Source of the DNA: Eledone cirrhosa
Taxonomy: Eukaryota
NCBI GenBank assembly: GCA_964016885.1
Contig: OZ024743.1
Coordinates: 144,522,001-144,586,000 of the forward strand
DNA: 64,000 nucleotides
Reading direction: 5' to 3'
This document shows positions 61,573 through 64,000 of this stretch, piece by piece. Within the stretch, counting starts at the first letter, position 1. The number at the start of each line of letters is the position of its first letter. The notes below the pieces were generated by a model. The model was not told the origin of the DNA. It did no database searches and saw only the letters and a list, made by a program, of their open reading frames with translations. Made by a program: the position numbers and the translations under genes.

Positions 61573-63184
61573 AAATGTCTATATCTACATATACCTATAT
61601 ATATAGTTGTTATATAGTAAGGTGCATTATTGGTTGTGTAAAATGGTCCAATAAATTTATGTTAGCAATATTAAGTTCTCCAGGCTTTTGTATATCTCCA
61701 ATTCCGTTCAAGGGAACAGCTAGATGATGTAAAACGGAGTATAAGTATCAAAATGAAAATCCGAAGGCAAGGTAAAATTCCAATCATTTAATCACGACAC
61801 ATGTTTAAATAAGAGATAGATTGATTGTGAAGCCATGATCTATTATCACTGAACTCATCAGGGGAAAATGAGTTGTCTTCAAATTCTTGATATGAGGGAG
61901 AAAAATAACGATGTTCTCTCATAGAATTCATTCGGAATTTAAGGATAGATGGTATAATCACCGCTATAACTTTAATAGATTAGATAAAAAAAAAATAGCA
62001 CGGCACTTTCTGAATTAGTCTGGAAGCTTAAATATCAGAATATAGAGCACTCCATATCCTGGTCCATAGTTTGCTCAGCCCAACCTTATAACGGCAGCAC
62101 TGGCGTCTGCAATTTATGTATAGCTGAAACCTTTAATATTATCAGAGGCGGCCCCCTATTAATTAATAGGAGAGCTGATTTTTTTTCAGTAACTGCCAAC
62201 ATAGAACCTCGAAAACTTTCCGCAGGATTTTTGGAAGGTAACCTACCACTAACTCCTCCCTCTCTACTTTAGTCATAGAGTTCTCTCAATAAAAAGACAG
62301 TCACACACTCAGGTAGTTAGACGGCTAAGATTGATTGCGCACTTACAAACGAAATTCGGCCTGTTTCCACGGAGTTCTCACAGCTGAGTGCACTTTTTTA
62401 GAATACCTAGCCAGTAAATAGTTAGATTGATTACACACTTAGAATACCTAGTTAGTAATTGATTGCAACCAGAGGCATGACCGATTACGCTCACCTACCT
62501 TTACTTTAAGGTACCCTAACCATTGAGTTCTCTCAGTTGGTCTATAGCTAGTCGTATTACACACTTAGTTAGGACCAGTTACGCTCTCTATACATAACTC
62601 TACACGCAGTACCCGTTTCCTTTAGATATTGAGCTCCCACAATTGCGACTGTCACGTCCCTACCGACTGAACACTACACTAGGTCTTGATCCGTGATCAT
62701 CCAACCATGGAGGACTCACTGTTACGGATTGAACAATAATACTTACACACCATTAATGGGCCTACACACATCCTCTGGATTTTACTATCCTGTGTTTTTT
62801 TACTTCACCTTCTGTGTTGGATAACACACCTCCACCACTCAAACAACTATCTTAAAAGTTCATTGGCCCATATGACGGGAAATCTCACTTACTGACGCAT
62901 TTACCCAATACCCAACCCTACACGGAGCCCCTGCTGGCCTACATTGTGGTTGCTTGCACGTACGGCACGTACAGATTTGGTGAGTCGGATTCTCAATGGG
63001 ACTGCGGTACATACTGAGTTCGATATGAGCTGATTGCTTGCTCTTCACATGGATGTGTATATACCCAGACATACCCTTTTTTGGACGATACGGATGAGTA
63101 TATACCATAACATACACTTGAGGATATGGATGTTACAATTCAATCTATACACGTATAGCAGAACACTGAACTAAACTTACTTGC

Positions 63185-63317
<133 letters not shown>

Positions 63318-64000
63318 TGGGGCGTTGGTTAACCCAGTATTTCCAATTTACATCGTCAAATTGAGATTTGACCAATGTACCATCTGTTGTTTTGTGAATT
63401 AACTTTCGGTGAATACTGTGTTGGTACATTCTTAAATTTTTTTTTTTTCTGTGACCTTTATAATTCTACAGGTTTGATACTGTGTTGATGTGTGTATATA
63501 TATGTATATATTTTTTTTTTTGACCTCGAGCCGGTGTATGTTGGTGTGGAGTGTGTGTGTACCCACTCACATTAACTATATCCCTACAGACTTGATTGAT
63601 GGTCAGCGTCTTTTGCAGCGATAGAATTCTGACAACTTTTATGACCTCAACTGAAGTCAATAGCAGTCGCCGTGTGTCTCACTTGTGTGTCTTCATATGA
63701 GGGAATGGATTCTGTGAGAGAACATCGTTATTTTTCTCCCTAATATCAAGAATTTTAAGACAACTCATTTTCAGTTGATGAGATCAGTGATAATCGATCA
63801 CGGCTTCACAATCGATCTATCTCTTATTGAAACATGTGTCGTGATTAAATGATTGGAATTTTACCTTGCCTTCGGATATACCTAGATATATATATTTATT
63901 TAAAATGTATCGTCGACATTGCTGTATACATATATGTGTGTGAAGTTCGTATATCTAAAGATATACAGTATGATTAATAAATAAATATTCTGAAAGCTCA

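Overview
Eukaryotic, AT-rich, microsatellite-rich DNA, very likely from an octopod cephalopod (inferred from octopus-type tRNA-derived SINEs). The window holds the internal part of one + strand multi-exon gene for a probable extracellular protein: VWA-EGF-VWA-EGF, followed by at least 14 near-identical 111-bp EGF exons. All exons are symmetric phase 1-1 with GT/AG sites. The 14 exons sit in a tandem array of about 3.3-3.7 kb (long) and 1.7-1.8 kb (short) exon+intron units, running from about 21.65 kb past the window end. These EGF exons are almost invariant in protein sequence except at one codon that toggles an integrin-type motif: RGD (5 copies), RGN (7) and RGE (2). Each repeated intron carries a Penelope-like retroelement remnant (GIY-YIG), ~175-bp inverted repeats that also bracket the exons, and several hammerhead-ribozyme-like motifs. 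The rest of the window is intronic: a decayed RTE LINE, CRE-like and Penelope-like fragments, SINEs with target-site duplications, and (TA)n/(GT)n tracts. The start and end of the gene were not identified. All calls come from reading the sequence by eye; no searches were run.
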